Assembly: GCA_951406725.2 (NCBI GenBank)
Contig: OX597821.1
Coordinates: 49,910,001-49,974,000 of the forward strand
Source of the DNA: Octopus vulgaris
Lineage: Eukaryota
Length of the DNA: 64,000 nt
Direction: 5' to 3'
In this document: positions 26,340 through 39,385 of the stretch, one piece after another
How the letters are laid out: each line of letters begins with the position of its first letter
Position numbering within the stretch: position 1 is the first letter of the stretch
Translations under genes and position numbers: made by a program
Notes under the pieces: model-generated
Database searches by the model: none
Seen by the model: the letters and a program-made list of their open reading frames with translations, nothing else
Told to the model about the DNA's origin: nothing

Positions 26340-26504
26340 TAGAATATATGCATATTTTCTCTCCTTGTTTCTCTCCTTATTTTTTCTGTGTCCCTTTCTG
26401 TAGAAGAGCGTAGGCTCGAAACGTAAAAGACTTTTTCTATTCCTGAGCGTTATACTAATACATCTGTTTGTTTTGTACACCACCTGTTTTCTTTCGTAAA
26501 CTCT

Positions 26505-26508
<4 letters not shown>
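26340..26508 (+). mobile_element. Penelope pseudo-LTR-like short element with minimal hammerhead motif, abutting (TA)n
   Basis: CTTT-CTGTAGA-A-GAGCGTAGGCTC-GAAAC-GTA-AAAG at 26394-26429; a related copy lies on the minus strand at ~48167-48352. Confidence 0.6.
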
Positions 26509-26545
<37 letters not shown>

Positions 26546-26749
26546 TGAATGAGTGGACATACGAAAGAAGAGTACTCAACATATTTATTGGGAGTTACAT
26601 GTATGGATCAAAACAGTTTGATTCAAATTCCTTGGTACTTAAAATTTCAAAGTATAAGATGCCTATCCCCAGTCACTTTCAAATTTCCAAAAGAATTGTG
26701 ATTACACAACACATTAATTTTTCAGTTTAATTTTAGCGGACATAATTTA

Positions 26750-27900
26750 ATATATAGTGTATACGTGTAAAGTAATTTCTGAAGGACAGGTGTATTTCTG
26801 TATAGGTGCTAGCGAGACCTTTATTAAATGTAGAATAACTAATCATGAACTATCATTTAGAGACAAAAATAAGAGCAATATTACGAGTTTAAATATATTA
26901 TTCTGGTCGCATACACAATTAGCTGGAAGATAATTAGTAGAGCTAAACCATATAGTAGTGGGGGCAAATCTTGTGAACCGTGTGTCGAAGAAATTAACCA
27001 AATTCTTACCTAAAAATTTAAATTGATAAGCCATAGACAGGAAAGCGCGTTAAGATGTGTTCACCAATTGTGATATACCTTTAAGAGGTTTAAATAGTTG
27101 CATAATATGAACCACTAAAATCAGAATTTGAATTAAGTAAATTATAACAAGTAACGAACATAAATTAAACTGGGATTTTTTTACAGTTGAAAACGAAGTT
27201 TAAGTTGAATAAAGTTAACTACAAGAAAAATGAAATTAATTTTTCAAAATAACAAGAAAATAATAGACCCATAGTTTAATAATAATATTAACATCATCAA
27301 ACCAAAAAATAATTTAATACATTTGAAAAAAATAGGAATACTACTCTATATAGGTGGAATGATAAGCTAGAATAGGAATTAAGAACCATAGGAAAATTCT
27401 TGAGTACTGACCTAATTTAAGATAAGGTAACAATAAATTTCGGAGTGGCCAGTGTAATATAAAGTTAACAAAATATTTGACTAATTTCAGAAATTTTTAG
27501 TGATTAGCTTTTTGACTAATTTTAGTAACGCTAACACCACATTAAAAATGAATTCGGACCAAGCTTATACTCTCTTCAGATAATACCCGACCAACAGTTA
27601 AAGTGGACCCTGATGAAGTTATACTGATAATTAACACAAAAATGCACATTTAACAGTGTGCACCGACTATCAGCAGAAACGTGCGTAGGTCTTGACGAAG
27701 AAAGATGTGATCAACTGTAGAATAAAACTTGGATGTGCAAATCTCTGTTCTCCTGATGTTAATTTCATTTTTTTCTCTACAGAAGCTATGCAGTCCTTAT
27801 AAGGACATTTGGATTTACCAAGTGATTATTAACCGAGTATAATAAATTTTGTCTAACTGAGTATATCTATATTCGCTGTGGTTAAGTAGCATTGACAACC
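26750..27900 (+). mobile_element. Decayed Penelope-like element 3' end (GIY-YIG endonuclease and pseudo-LTR)
   Basis: IVYTCKVISEGQVYFCIGASETFIKCRITNHELSF; hammerhead-like motif at 27606-27691. Confidence 0.7.
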
Positions 27901-28110
27901 GATAAGAGCGAACACAGTATCCGCTAGTATTATATATACCTCTTAACCATATATATATATGTGTGTATGTGTGTGTACATATATATATATATACATATAT
28001 ACATGTGTGTGTGTGTATATATAGAAATAGATAGATATAGACATACCTGTCTTCGTCTGCGTTTTTCTATAAATTTCAACTATGTACACACACACACACA
28101 CACACACACA

Positions 28111-28177
<67 letters not shown>

Positions 28178-28183
<6 letters not shown>

Positions 28184-28957
28184 GTAAATTTATTCAATAA
28201 AATTGCCATTGGCTTCAACCACGGCCTCCAGACGACTTCGGAATCTCCAGCAACTCTTCTGGACGGTCTCCTTGTTTAAGTTGGTGAATGCTGCGATAAT
28301 GCTTGCCTTCAGTTTATCTTTGGTGTAACAAGGAGTTTTGTTGGTCTCTCGCTCAACTGCGCCTCACACAGTAATGAAGGGGGTTGCAGCCTGGGGAGTT
28401 AGGTGGCCAGATATTAGGGGTGATGTGGTCGCAGAAATTGTCTGACAGCCCATGAATGGATATACCTGCTTGTGTGGCATGGTGTAGAGTCCTGTTGCCA
28501 GACACTAGTGTCTTCCAGCAGCCACTCTTTTGACCCAGGGCAGCACTACCTCCTCCAGGCACTTGATGTAGGCCTCCATATTGAGTCTGAGGCGGTGTGG
28601 GGAAAATAAATAGAGGCAGAACGTTGCCATCACTAGTGATCACTCCAAACACCTTGATGTTGACTGGATGTTTGATGTTTTATCTCTCTTGGTACATCTC
28701 CTCAAATTACACTGTTCTCAGATTGACACCCAAACACTCTGAAATGTTCGTATTGGAGCTTCCGGCGCGAATGCCAAGCAGTTCAACATGTTGTTTCCAA
28801 ATTTCTGGCTGAGTGAATTCCATCATGGTGCTGTTTTTCTCACAGACAGTGCCCAACTGACCCTACCATACTGTGTAGTCAACAAATTCAAAAGCAAACA
28901 ATATGCATGTACGAACTTAAAAATATAAAATCGTGACAATTTACCCATCGCACCCTG
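28178..28957 (-). mobile_element. Internally deleted maT (DD37D) transposon
   Basis: Terminus TA-CAGGGTGCGATGGGTAAATTG; VFGVITSDG, WQQDSTPCH and WPPNSPGCNPLHY motifs. Confidence 0.8.
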
Positions 28958-28961
28958 TATC

Positions 28962-29031
<70 letters not shown>

Positions 29032-29261
29032 TTAATAAGGGTGAGAGAATTAGATACTAATTTAATAGTATATTTATTCAACACCAAGTGGCCTAGTGCT
29101 ACGAGAAACCTGGATTATTATAATATTTTATAACATATAATATTTTTACAAAATAAATATAAGAGAGTGGTCACTATAATGCTCACTCTAGCACCAGTTA
29201 ATCCAAAAGGTTTCAACCACGTGAGCATTATAGTGACCACTCTCTTATATTTATTTTATAT

Positions 29262-29418
<157 letters not shown>

Positions 29419-29989
29419 CATTTACATGTGTGTGTGTGTGGTGTGAGTAAGAGTGTATGCATAAATTTTCTGTGTTTAAGTACCTCGAATCTAGCCTGTT
29501 ATGAAGTTGTTGGTTTCTCACCAAAAGAAAACATCCTTCAATGGAAACTAGAGGACACCCACATTGTAGAGTTACACACTAAAATTTAGAAAATTCTTCT
29601 CAGAAAATATTGTTTATGTTGAAATTCATATTTCCAACATTTGTAGGGAAGGGGATTCTGTTTTTTTTTGTTTGCTTTTGTTTTTGGATATTACGCTTAA
29701 TGCAAAGATAGATTTCGTAAGCGAATCATGGTATATATAAACCAATAGCTTGGTAACAGCTTTTAGTCGGTTGCTGATCATTGCTTATTAATGCTGTTGC
29801 ATAAAGAACAGTGTTCGACAACTTGATTTATTTGTTTGCTATAAGAAAGATATTGACCTAGATACTGCAAAACGCCCTCTTAACTCCGTATTTGTACTAA
29901 CACTAGTGATTTGATACTTATAAAGAAGCTTGAGTATATGGAGTAACTTAACGATAAGGAGTTGACCGTACAATTTCCTGTAATTCAGA

Positions 29990-30230
29990 TCATCTCATGG
30001 CCCCAACAGATAAAAATGGAAAAGGCGTTCCCCGAAGGATGGCAAGAGAGATGCACTGGAACATTTGCGGACAGCCATCTCCGCCCCGATATCGGCGAAC
30101 AGGGATATGATCCGCGGACCAATAACGCCGGGGGTCTCCACTGTCAGAGGCTCGACCATAAGCCTGTCAGCTCAAATGACTCAAATGAAATTTTCGGTAG
30201 CATCTTGCGAATTAAAGAGCTTCACTAACT
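29990..30230 (-). mobile_element. 3' fragment of an RLE-type (CRE/R2-superfamily) non-LTR retrotransposon
   Basis: Minus strand EPLTVETPGVIGPR...DIG and, after a frameshift, FQCISLAILRGNAFSI, resembling the C-terminal restriction-like endonuclease end. Confidence 0.65.
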
Positions 30231-30454
30231 CTGCATCGCTCTCAAATTACAATAAAAATACCCATGGACAACGTTTTGTTGATATGTCGACCTTACTTTA
30301 GAACACGTTACTGATACTGTTTATTTTTGTTGTTTAGCAAGTACTGACTCAGAGATATGACATTCAGTGGACGAGAAGTCTATTCTTAGAATTCTGTTTC
30401 TGTCTTAAGCGATTGAAATAATCTGCCATTATCACGGTACGTGTCAGTGCTTGC

Positions 30455-30485
<31 letters not shown>

Positions 30486-32319
30486 TGTATGTATGTATGT
30501 ATGTATGTATGTATGTATGTATGTATGTCATTATTCAGTTTTATTTCAAGATTTCTTGTCAATAGAGAAAGAGCCGGTTTCTAATCTAGATTCAAAGCTC
30601 CTTATTGGAATTTCAACATCAACACCAGGGTATGTATGTATGTATGTATGTATGTATGTATGTATGTATGTATGTATGTATGTATGTATGTATGTATGTA
30701 TGTATGCATGCATGCATGCATGTATGTGTGAATGTATATGTGCTGATTTTTATGTTTTGCTTTATGTATGTATTCCCATGCTTATAGTTGCATATCTAGA
30801 CATGCTCATATATATTTAAATGAGAAACTTCTGGAAAGTTTTACAGATTTTTACAGTTCCAGTAATGGATTAGATCTGTAGTCTTCGAATTTGCTTTCTC
30901 CTTTCTGCTGTTGGGAAGCCTAATATCTCAAGATTATTATTTAGGCAGTGTGTTACATATGTATGTATGTATGTATCTATGTATGTATGTATGTATGTAT
31001 GTATGTAGGTTATGAGAGGTAATGGTGTCATTGAGACCCAAAGGTTTCATGTAATGCTGAATAAGTGCTATAGATGGACCACAGTCTTAACCATTCTCTC
31101 ACACCGTCTCCGATGAAGTGGTATAATAAATATCTTGGAAACAGCTGTAAGACCTATTTATAAATGTTCTAAAATCTACAAATCCTTGGGTTTTTTTCAT
31201 CTCATTACGAAAAATTTTTTTTATGTATGTATGTATATATGTGTGCATAATATTTGTTTGAGTTTTATTTAGTTCTTGAGAGAGCTCAAGCTGGTCGCTA
31301 GCAGAGCGACAACACTTTTTCAGTTAAGAGAGTTCCTGGTGTTTGAGTTGGTGTGTTTGTTAGAGTGTCGTTGCACACACCGAAGTGTGTGCATCTATTC
31401 ACATAAGAATATCAGAAGGAGAATCTTTGGAATGTGTTACAAATCCTCACTATACCACTAATAGACTATTTGGAGAACCTGCGTTAGTTTCACTTGCACT
31501 TGCTCCGTGAAACTGAGGTCTCTTTTAGCGTCCATCTACCAAATCTACCTACAAGGCTTTGGTCGACCCGAGGCTATAGTACAAAACACTTGCCCAAAAT
31601 GCCACGCAGCTAGACTGAACCTGAAACCACATTGCTCTGAAGCGAACTTTTAAATCCGATGCATAAATGATATAATTTTAACTCACAAACTGGCACGTAT
31701 TAAGTGAAAGTTCTTCATTTCTCGAAATTCAACATTACTTGGAAAACATGACGAGGAGAGTGAGAAGGAAGAGTATGATAAAGGAAGGAGTAAGTGCCAA
31801 TTAAATGAAATTTCGAAATCAGTATGTGATAGAGATGGAGGTGGGGCGTATGCACTGAGTGACAGCAATGGTATTTACTAGCGGAGAGAGAAGAGGAGAA
31901 ATAAGACGGGTGTAAGATACGCGCTGTCTCCAACAGCAGCAACATAAGTACTATTATTTCCTATTATTATTACCCTCACCACCACAACTATCGCGGATAT
32001 AAACATTAACCATACAATCATTAACATATAACAATAATAACAATAATAAACTAATAAACACGTTCACCAAAATATAAGCATCACACACAAGTAAATCGCA
32101 TTAACGAATAACATTCCACCATACATAGATTGTCATTTAAATATCACAAAATTTTAGACAGTGATACCCCAAATGAATAGGAGACTTCAGGGGGAATATA
32201 AATAAAAAGCTGTATAAGGAATTACTTCTGGAAACAACCAGAGCCAGCTGGAGAGACGAAACCCCTTCCCCTCCATAGGTATAAGGACAGGGATCCTTTC
32301 TTATTTTCCCCTCCCTTAT

Positions 32320-33930
32320 TGAACAAGGCCATAGTCAAAATAGGTAGGGCGAATGCACGTGGGCTAGGACCACCTTGGAAGCTAAGGCATCTGCTCAATG
32401 AACAGACTAGTTGTTGTTTATGCTCCTACAAGGAGAGAACAGCCAGATTTCTTCAGGTGTCTGAAGGTTTTCCTAGGAAAATTCCGCCCTTTAGTGCATT
32501 AGCACTAAGTCAAACGCTATCTTAGATGCGTGTTTGGACTGTTCGGGACTATCTGAAAGGACAGGTAGCACAAAACCTTTCAAATCTGCTCCAAGTATCT
32601 GACAGGTACCAACTGGATTTTTCGAATGTGCCATTGTGATCATAGACAAAATACATCGGGTCATCCATATCGCATCACACTAGTGTGCTATGGAGGCCTG
32701 TAGCCGATAAGGGTAGCATAGCTTGCCCACAGTTTATAATCGTCAGCTACCCAGGCCACAAATTCATAATTTGTGCGGGCAATATAGGCTTCCTCTAGGT
32801 AGACCAGGCTTAGGGAGACCAGATTAACGAATTAGTTAAGCGGTCGTGGACGAGAGCAATCATCAACAACAAATGATGGGCGCCCTGAAAAGGTAATTAG
32901 AGTAGAATCGATTACTTTTAGTAAGGTCGTAGTGACAGAGAAAAGCAGAATCGGGGAAACTTAGAAACTTAGAAGAGACGCTTACAAAGGTATCGCAACC
33001 GACGTACTCGCAGCAAGATTAGCTTTCGACCAATTCTTCAACGCGAAGTACGATGGCCACTTTGTCAGAACTAAGGCGCGTGCTCTAAAACACAAGGTGA
33101 CGAAAGCTGTTTGGGGCCGAAGTGGCAGAGGCACAACGTTGCAACAAAATCCCAATTCGGTCTTTAGCGGACGGACCATAACGGGCGTGTGTTATTCGAT
33201 CCTGAAGCAGATGAGTACGGCCTTTCAGCAGCACATCGAGCAACTGTTTGCCTATCTCAGCGGCCTGCCTCGACTCTCGGTAAGAGAAACGAAATGTTGC
33301 GAAAAGCCGATAACAACCGTGGAAGTGCGGGAAATGAGAACTGATTAAACAAGGTGGGGGTTAACAAATCACCTGTTTTGGTTGATCTGCTCTACGAACA
33401 TTACTTTTATATGCTAGACATGTTTGGAGACCTCTTGGCAAAGATCTACCGCAACTGGCAGCACAACGGGAGAATTCCCAATCCCGTGAGTCAAGGAACG
33501 ATGATGCTCCTAACAAAGGACCCAAACAAGGTGGAACACAGTGATATTTTCGGCCTATAATTCTGTTAATCGCAGATTTCAAAGTTTGGGCCAAAGTGTT
33601 AGCCAAGAAGTTCGCGCTGGTCGATGGTCTAATTGGTGATACGCAAATATGCACTATCTCGAACAGATCTATGCACGACAACTTTTATCTTATGGAATGC
33701 ATCATAGAGAAGGTAGGTAAAAACCTATAATGGATGAGGGCCTTATCAATTTAGATCAATCGAAACCTTTCGATAGAGTCTATAAAAAATTTTTCCAGCT
33801 GTTCTCAGCCGGTTTCGATCCCATTTTCCGTGGATGGATTGCTGCAAAGTACAGTGACATTCGCTCAGTAGTAAGAGTGAATGATCTCCTAGAAGAACCA
33901 GTTAATATCTTGCTTTTTATCCGTCATGTT
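32320..33930 (+). mobile_element. Decayed L1/Tx1-clade LINE ORF2
   Basis: KIGRANARGL (APE N-terminus); NKSPVL.D, FRPIILLIADFKVWAKVLA and LINLDQSKPFDRV (RT motifs); frameshifted. Confidence 0.8.
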
Positions 33931-34054
33931 GGTGTGCTTACGTCCCCGTAACTTAACGGTTCGGCAAAAGGGACCGATAGAATAAGTACCAGGCTTAGAA
34001 ATAATAAGTACTGGGGTCAATTCATTCGACTAACAAATTCTTCAAGGCTGTGCC

Positions 34055-34805
34055 CAGCGGTTGTAAAAAATTAATTGATGAAAAATTAATTGCAATATAT
34101 TGGTCGAATTAATTGGTTGGAATCGTACTCCCAATTAAATAATTGATTGTTATCATATCACTTAATTGCAGTTCATTGCAACAACATTGTCAGCGAAAGT
34201 TTTTCAAATGGCTCATACTTCATTCATTGTTCAACTGGAAAATACAGCGATCTATTATTATTATTTGAGGCATTGAGTTGACGCTTTGCTAGGATTGCTG
34301 AGAACGATTCACACATTCTGTCGTGCTTAGGAATTGACTATTGTGTATGTTGTCAAGTGCCGATGCTTGATTTAGACTGCTGAGAATGATATACATTCTA
34401 TCATGCTTTGGATTTGTCTCTTGTGTATCTTGTCAAATAACTGCTGTCGAGTGTTGACGCTTGGTTAGGACTGCCGAGAATGATTCAAACATTTTTTCAA
34501 TAAATCATATGTAGAGTATAAATGTTGTTTATTCCCTATTCTAAATCAATAAAATTGAGCTTTGAACGTTTTCTGATAATAAAGATTTTGAAACTATAAG
34601 ACGTACCTTTTATTTTCCTATCCTTTTGGCTCTTATCTAAATCGAAGCTAACACTCCAGAATATATCGTGTGTTTACGTTCGGCAAAATAATTGACAATT
34701 AATTGCAATTAATTGCAATAATTGATTGACCTGTATCTCAATTAAAATTGATTGCTTGGAAAAAAATTGCTTGAAAATGTTCCAATCAATTATTTACAAC
34801 TCCTA
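34055..34805. mobile_element. Non-autonomous hAT-like element inserted in a SINE tail
   Basis: 8-bp TSD GCTGTGCC (34047-34054, 34806-34813); TIRs CAGCGGTTGTAAAAAATTAATTG / CAATCAATTATTTACAACTCCTA; internal degenerate ~85-bp repeats. Confidence 0.85.
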
Positions 34806-35282
34806 GCTGTGCCCCAGCATGGCCACAATCTAATGACTGAAGCAATTAAAAGATAAACGATGTATACACACACACACATGTACATACATTTGCACATATG
34901 TATGTATCTACACAACACATACACAGGCACATACTTATGCGCAGGCCCATACTTATCACAGGCAGTGTACAGATGACACAGCTGTAAAAATAAATGTATT
35001 CATATACATCACAATGGCTAAAACTAAGTTACATAAACACAGATTGATGAAAAAACAAAATTATCGTTTCTGTCAGAGTTTTCCACTTTGAAACTAAAGT
35101 TTTAGTCCAGCGAGCGAGTGAGTGAGTGAGTGTATGAGTGAGTGTGTGTGTGAGTGTATGTGTGTGTGTGTGTGTGAGTGTTTTCGTATTTCAGCTAAAT
35201 TGTTATTTCACTTTCTCTTGTCTGCTCTGGAGTGCTACATATATTCATACATGCATACACACATACACGCACACGCACGCAC

Positions 35283-35337
<55 letters not shown>

Positions 35338-35349
35338 GACATATATATA

Positions 35350-36511
35350 TCTTTATTATATATATAAAACTGAGAATGTGTGTGTGTGTGTCTGTCTGTG
35401 TGTTTCCCTAAAACTTGAGAACTACACAACCAATTTCATTCAAATTTTACACATGCCTTACTTAGGGTCCGGGGAGTGTCACCGGCAAAAAAAGTTTGAA
35501 CCTTTTGCCTAGGGCGAGCCCACAGCAATATCATATCTTCTCCACTACGATTCCCTAAAACTTGAGAACTACACAACCAATTCCATTCAAATTTTACACA
35601 TGCCTTACTTAGGATCCATGTAGTTTCATAGGCAAAAAAAATGTTCAACGTCTTGCCTAGAGCGAGCCCATAGCAATATCATATCTTCTCCACTATTTCA
35701 GTATTACGTGTTAAAAGTGAAACAAAAACGTTTCTCTATTTTATGTCAGATACTTTCACTTTAACAATAAAAATAATAATAACAATTGAATTATATGCAG
35801 TAAGTAATAATTAAAATCAAACTAAAGTAACATGACAAAAGTAAAAATAGCAATTGGTATAAAATTGCATCAATGATTTGAACTTGAATAAGTGGTTTCA
35901 CATGAATGGGAATAAATTAAAAATAAGATTAGCATGCAGAAATGGAATAGTCCAGATGGATAATAAAAAATTAAATTAAAGAAAAGACTATTGTCTATGA
36001 AGTATACAATGAAGAGAAAAAAGAAGTTTTGAACACATGGAGGAAAGCACCTTCGAAAAGTGTCTTGGTGCGACTATGAAAGGTATCTAATCAGAGGCGG
36101 TAAATTCGCCACAATAGAAGCAAGGTTCGAGTCAACGGAGCGTGCAAGGGAGTACTCGACTCGAACTTGCAAAGTGGAAATATTTTATTTTTACTTTCAT
36201 ATCTGGGAAAAAATTTAAAATGCCCCCCCCCCCCCGAAGTAGAGGTAGGCTGGATTGTAGCCACACTTCTATACAAGAGGGAGGACAAGATACAATTGAT
36301 CGAAATTACAAGAGACGGGCTAACAATTCCAGTCTGTTATATACTTTGAGTATTGTTATCACTAGCAATATCAAGATATAACTTTTTATTTTGTATTTTA
36401 TGTATAGAAGTATATATATATATAGATGTACATGTAATATGTACACATATATATACACATATATACATGCACTAGCACTATGACCCGGCAACGACGGGTC
36501 TTTAAAGCTAG
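35350..36511 (+). mobile_element. Non-autonomous Helitron with internal ~147-bp tandem duplication
   Basis: 5' TC, 3' hairpin GACCCGGCAACGACGGGTC then CTAG|T; repeat units ~35404-35547 and ~35551-35695. Confidence 0.8.
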
Positions 36512-37081
36512 TATTAAATATATCTTTTATCTTTCACTCGTTTCAGTCATTAGACTGCAGCCATGCTGGAGCATCGCTTTGAAAAATCTTTAGTCAATTG
36601 ATTCGACAGCAGTACTTATTGTCTTTAAACCTGGTAAATATTTTATCGGCCACTTCTGCCGAGCCCTTACGTTACGGGGACGTAAAGACAAGTAGCTGGG
36701 AACAAATACAGATACAAAGACTTACGCGTATACACACACATACATACATACGACATGGCTCTTTCGGTTCAGATTGTGTATATATATATTATATAAATAG
36801 ATTATATATATATATAAACATATATGTGTGTGTGTGTGTTTTGTCCCCCTACCATCACTTGACCACCGATGCTGGTGTGTTTACGCCCCCGTAACTTAGC
36901 GGTTCGGCAAAAGAGATTGATAGAATCAGTACTAGGTTTAGAAAGAATAAGTCCTGGGGTCGAATTGTTCGACTAAAAGCACTGCCCCAGCATGGCCGCA
37001 GTCAAATGACTGAAACAAGTAATAGAGTAAAAGAGTATATTATATATAAATATATATATATATATATACATATCATATATA

Positions 37082-37114
<33 letters not shown>

Positions 37115-37296
37115 ACATATACCATATATATCATATATAATATAAATATTATATATTATATAATATACAAAATATATATCATACGATATACAAATATTAT
37201 CCCTAATATATATTATATATAAATAATGCATTTGTATTATATATCTAATATATACTATATAATGTATACATATTGTCTATATAAACATTATATAAG

Positions 37297-37337
<41 letters not shown>

Positions 37338-37674
37338 CATTTATGTTGATAGTCGTAGCTTATCCATTCACAATTTGTTTTCTTTGCTTGACACATCTTA
37401 TCATGTGGAAGATAACGCATATATGTGGGTCTTAGCGTATCCGGTTATGTAACGAAGCATTTGTCATGTAGATAAAAAAACGGCACAGTTAAAAATAGCA
37501 CAATAAGTGAATGAGTCAATGGGATTTCCTAATTGACACAATAGAGTAACTATATTTAGGAATGGCTTTTGTATCGCTACCTCCAGCTGTAGTAGTCTTT
37601 CAAATCACGGTATAAATATATATACAGATATTCATATATGGAGACACACGGACACACACACACACACACGCGCG

Positions 37675-37752
<78 letters not shown>

Positions 37753-37914
37753 CGACAGCTTCTTTCAGGTTCCGTCTTCCAAATCCACTGAGACGATTTT
37801 ATTCAGCTTGATGCAATAGTAGAAGACACTTGCCCAAAGAGCCACGCAGTGAGACTGAACCCAGAATAATGTGGTTTGGAAGCAAGTGTCTTACCACACA
37901 GCCACACCTGCACC

Positions 37915-38228
37915 TATATATGTACATGTATGTATGTATGTATGTATGTATGTATGTATGTATGTATGTATGTATGTATGTATGTATGTATGTATGTATG
38001 CATGTATGTATGCATGTATGTATGTATGTTATGTATGTATGTATGTATATATGTATGTTATGTATGTATGCATGTATGTATGTATGCATGTATGTATGGT
38101 ATGTATGTATGTATGTATGTATGTATGTATGTATGTATGTATGTATGTATGTATGTATGTATGTATGTATGTATGTATGTATGTATGTATGTATGTATGT
38201 ATGTTATATATGTATGTATGTATGTATA
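37915..38228. repeat. (TATG)n microsatellite
   Basis: Seen directly. Confidence 0.97.
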
Positions 38229-38363
38229 GACATGGTTATGTGTTAAGTTTATTAGTAAACCATTTGTTTTCGCATTTATCCCTATTACTGAACTTCTTAA
38301 GCAAGTGTTTTTGCCTGTGGTCCACGACCGGTCGTAAAATTAGTGGACGGAAACTAGCTGTGT

Positions 38364-38416
<53 letters not shown>

Positions 38417-38839
38417 CGCGTATGTAGATTTGTGTCTGTAATTTGAGTACTGCCATTTGTTTATGAATATTTATTTTAACAAATAAACAGAAAGGTGTAT
38501 TAAACATTTTAATGTTGAAGAGTTCATATTTTCTAATAGTTTATTTGGTTAATGTACTGACAGTGTGGAAAAGAAAGAATGATTAACTCATATATCTGTC
38601 GCATTTGCATAGGATTTAATTGATATTCCGAGTTAAAGTCCTAAAAAGAGGTTGTACCAACAAAGAAATACTATTATTTTGCGGTGTAGTTATTCTCCAG
38701 GTCTTCGTTATATTAGATTCATCCAGCAGCTCTACTATTGCAAGGATTATCGTCATTTACTGAGTGTTTCTTCGGATGTTAACTCGCGTCTCGCAAGGTG
38801 ATATTTGTAAGGCCAGGAACTTGCAGTATACGCACTCAC

Positions 38840-39030
38840 ATATCCCTTAACAAATGCCAAAAATAAGGCAACGCCGCTTTCTCGATGCATTTGGAAGCTG
38901 AAGGCGAATGACACTGATTAAATAATAAATTAGTTAACAGCAGAAACAGCTACCCCTTGATATCAATAGCAGCGTGCTATGTATTGCAGAGAAATGCCAT
39001 ATAATTTTATAGCCCACACACGTAACCAAA
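38840..39030 (+). mobile_element. Penelope GIY-YIG remnant
   Basis: KNKATPLSRCIWKLK and CVLCIAEKCHII-like residues. Confidence 0.55.
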
Positions 39031-39294
39031 ATCAAAATTGATGACTGCAATAAATGATGTGAGGACAAATTCTCAGAAACCGGTTGCAATACAAGAGGAG
39101 GTTATAGAGCGTGTCTACACCGCTGAAGACAGAATCAGTAGAATCAACTCGTAAATTTCTTCAACTGTAAGACAGCTTAGTGACTGACTGACCTAGGGTT
39201 AAACAAAAATAAAAAAAAAAAAAACAGCGTGGCGCATGCCTGATATGCTACAATTACTCTGATGGTATTTTGGGAGTGGAGTGGTTTTTCACAA

Positions 39295-39385
39295 ATTTAT
39301 TTTGAGCTCAAATTCCACCCTGGTTATAGTTGAAAACATTTTGTTTTCAGCTATAACCAGGGTGGAATTTGAGCTCAATATAAAT
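39295..39385. repeat. Near-perfect ~43-bp-stem palindrome
   Basis: TTGAGCTCAAATTCCACCCTGGTTATAGTTGAAAACA / TGTTTTCAGCTATAACCAGGGTGGAATTTGAGCTCAA. Confidence 0.9.

Noticed and set aside
29962-30301. Nested + strand exon or gene suggested by GC-richer ORFs and a CAG acceptor
   Set aside because: Better explained by a minus-strand RLE retrotransposon fragment.
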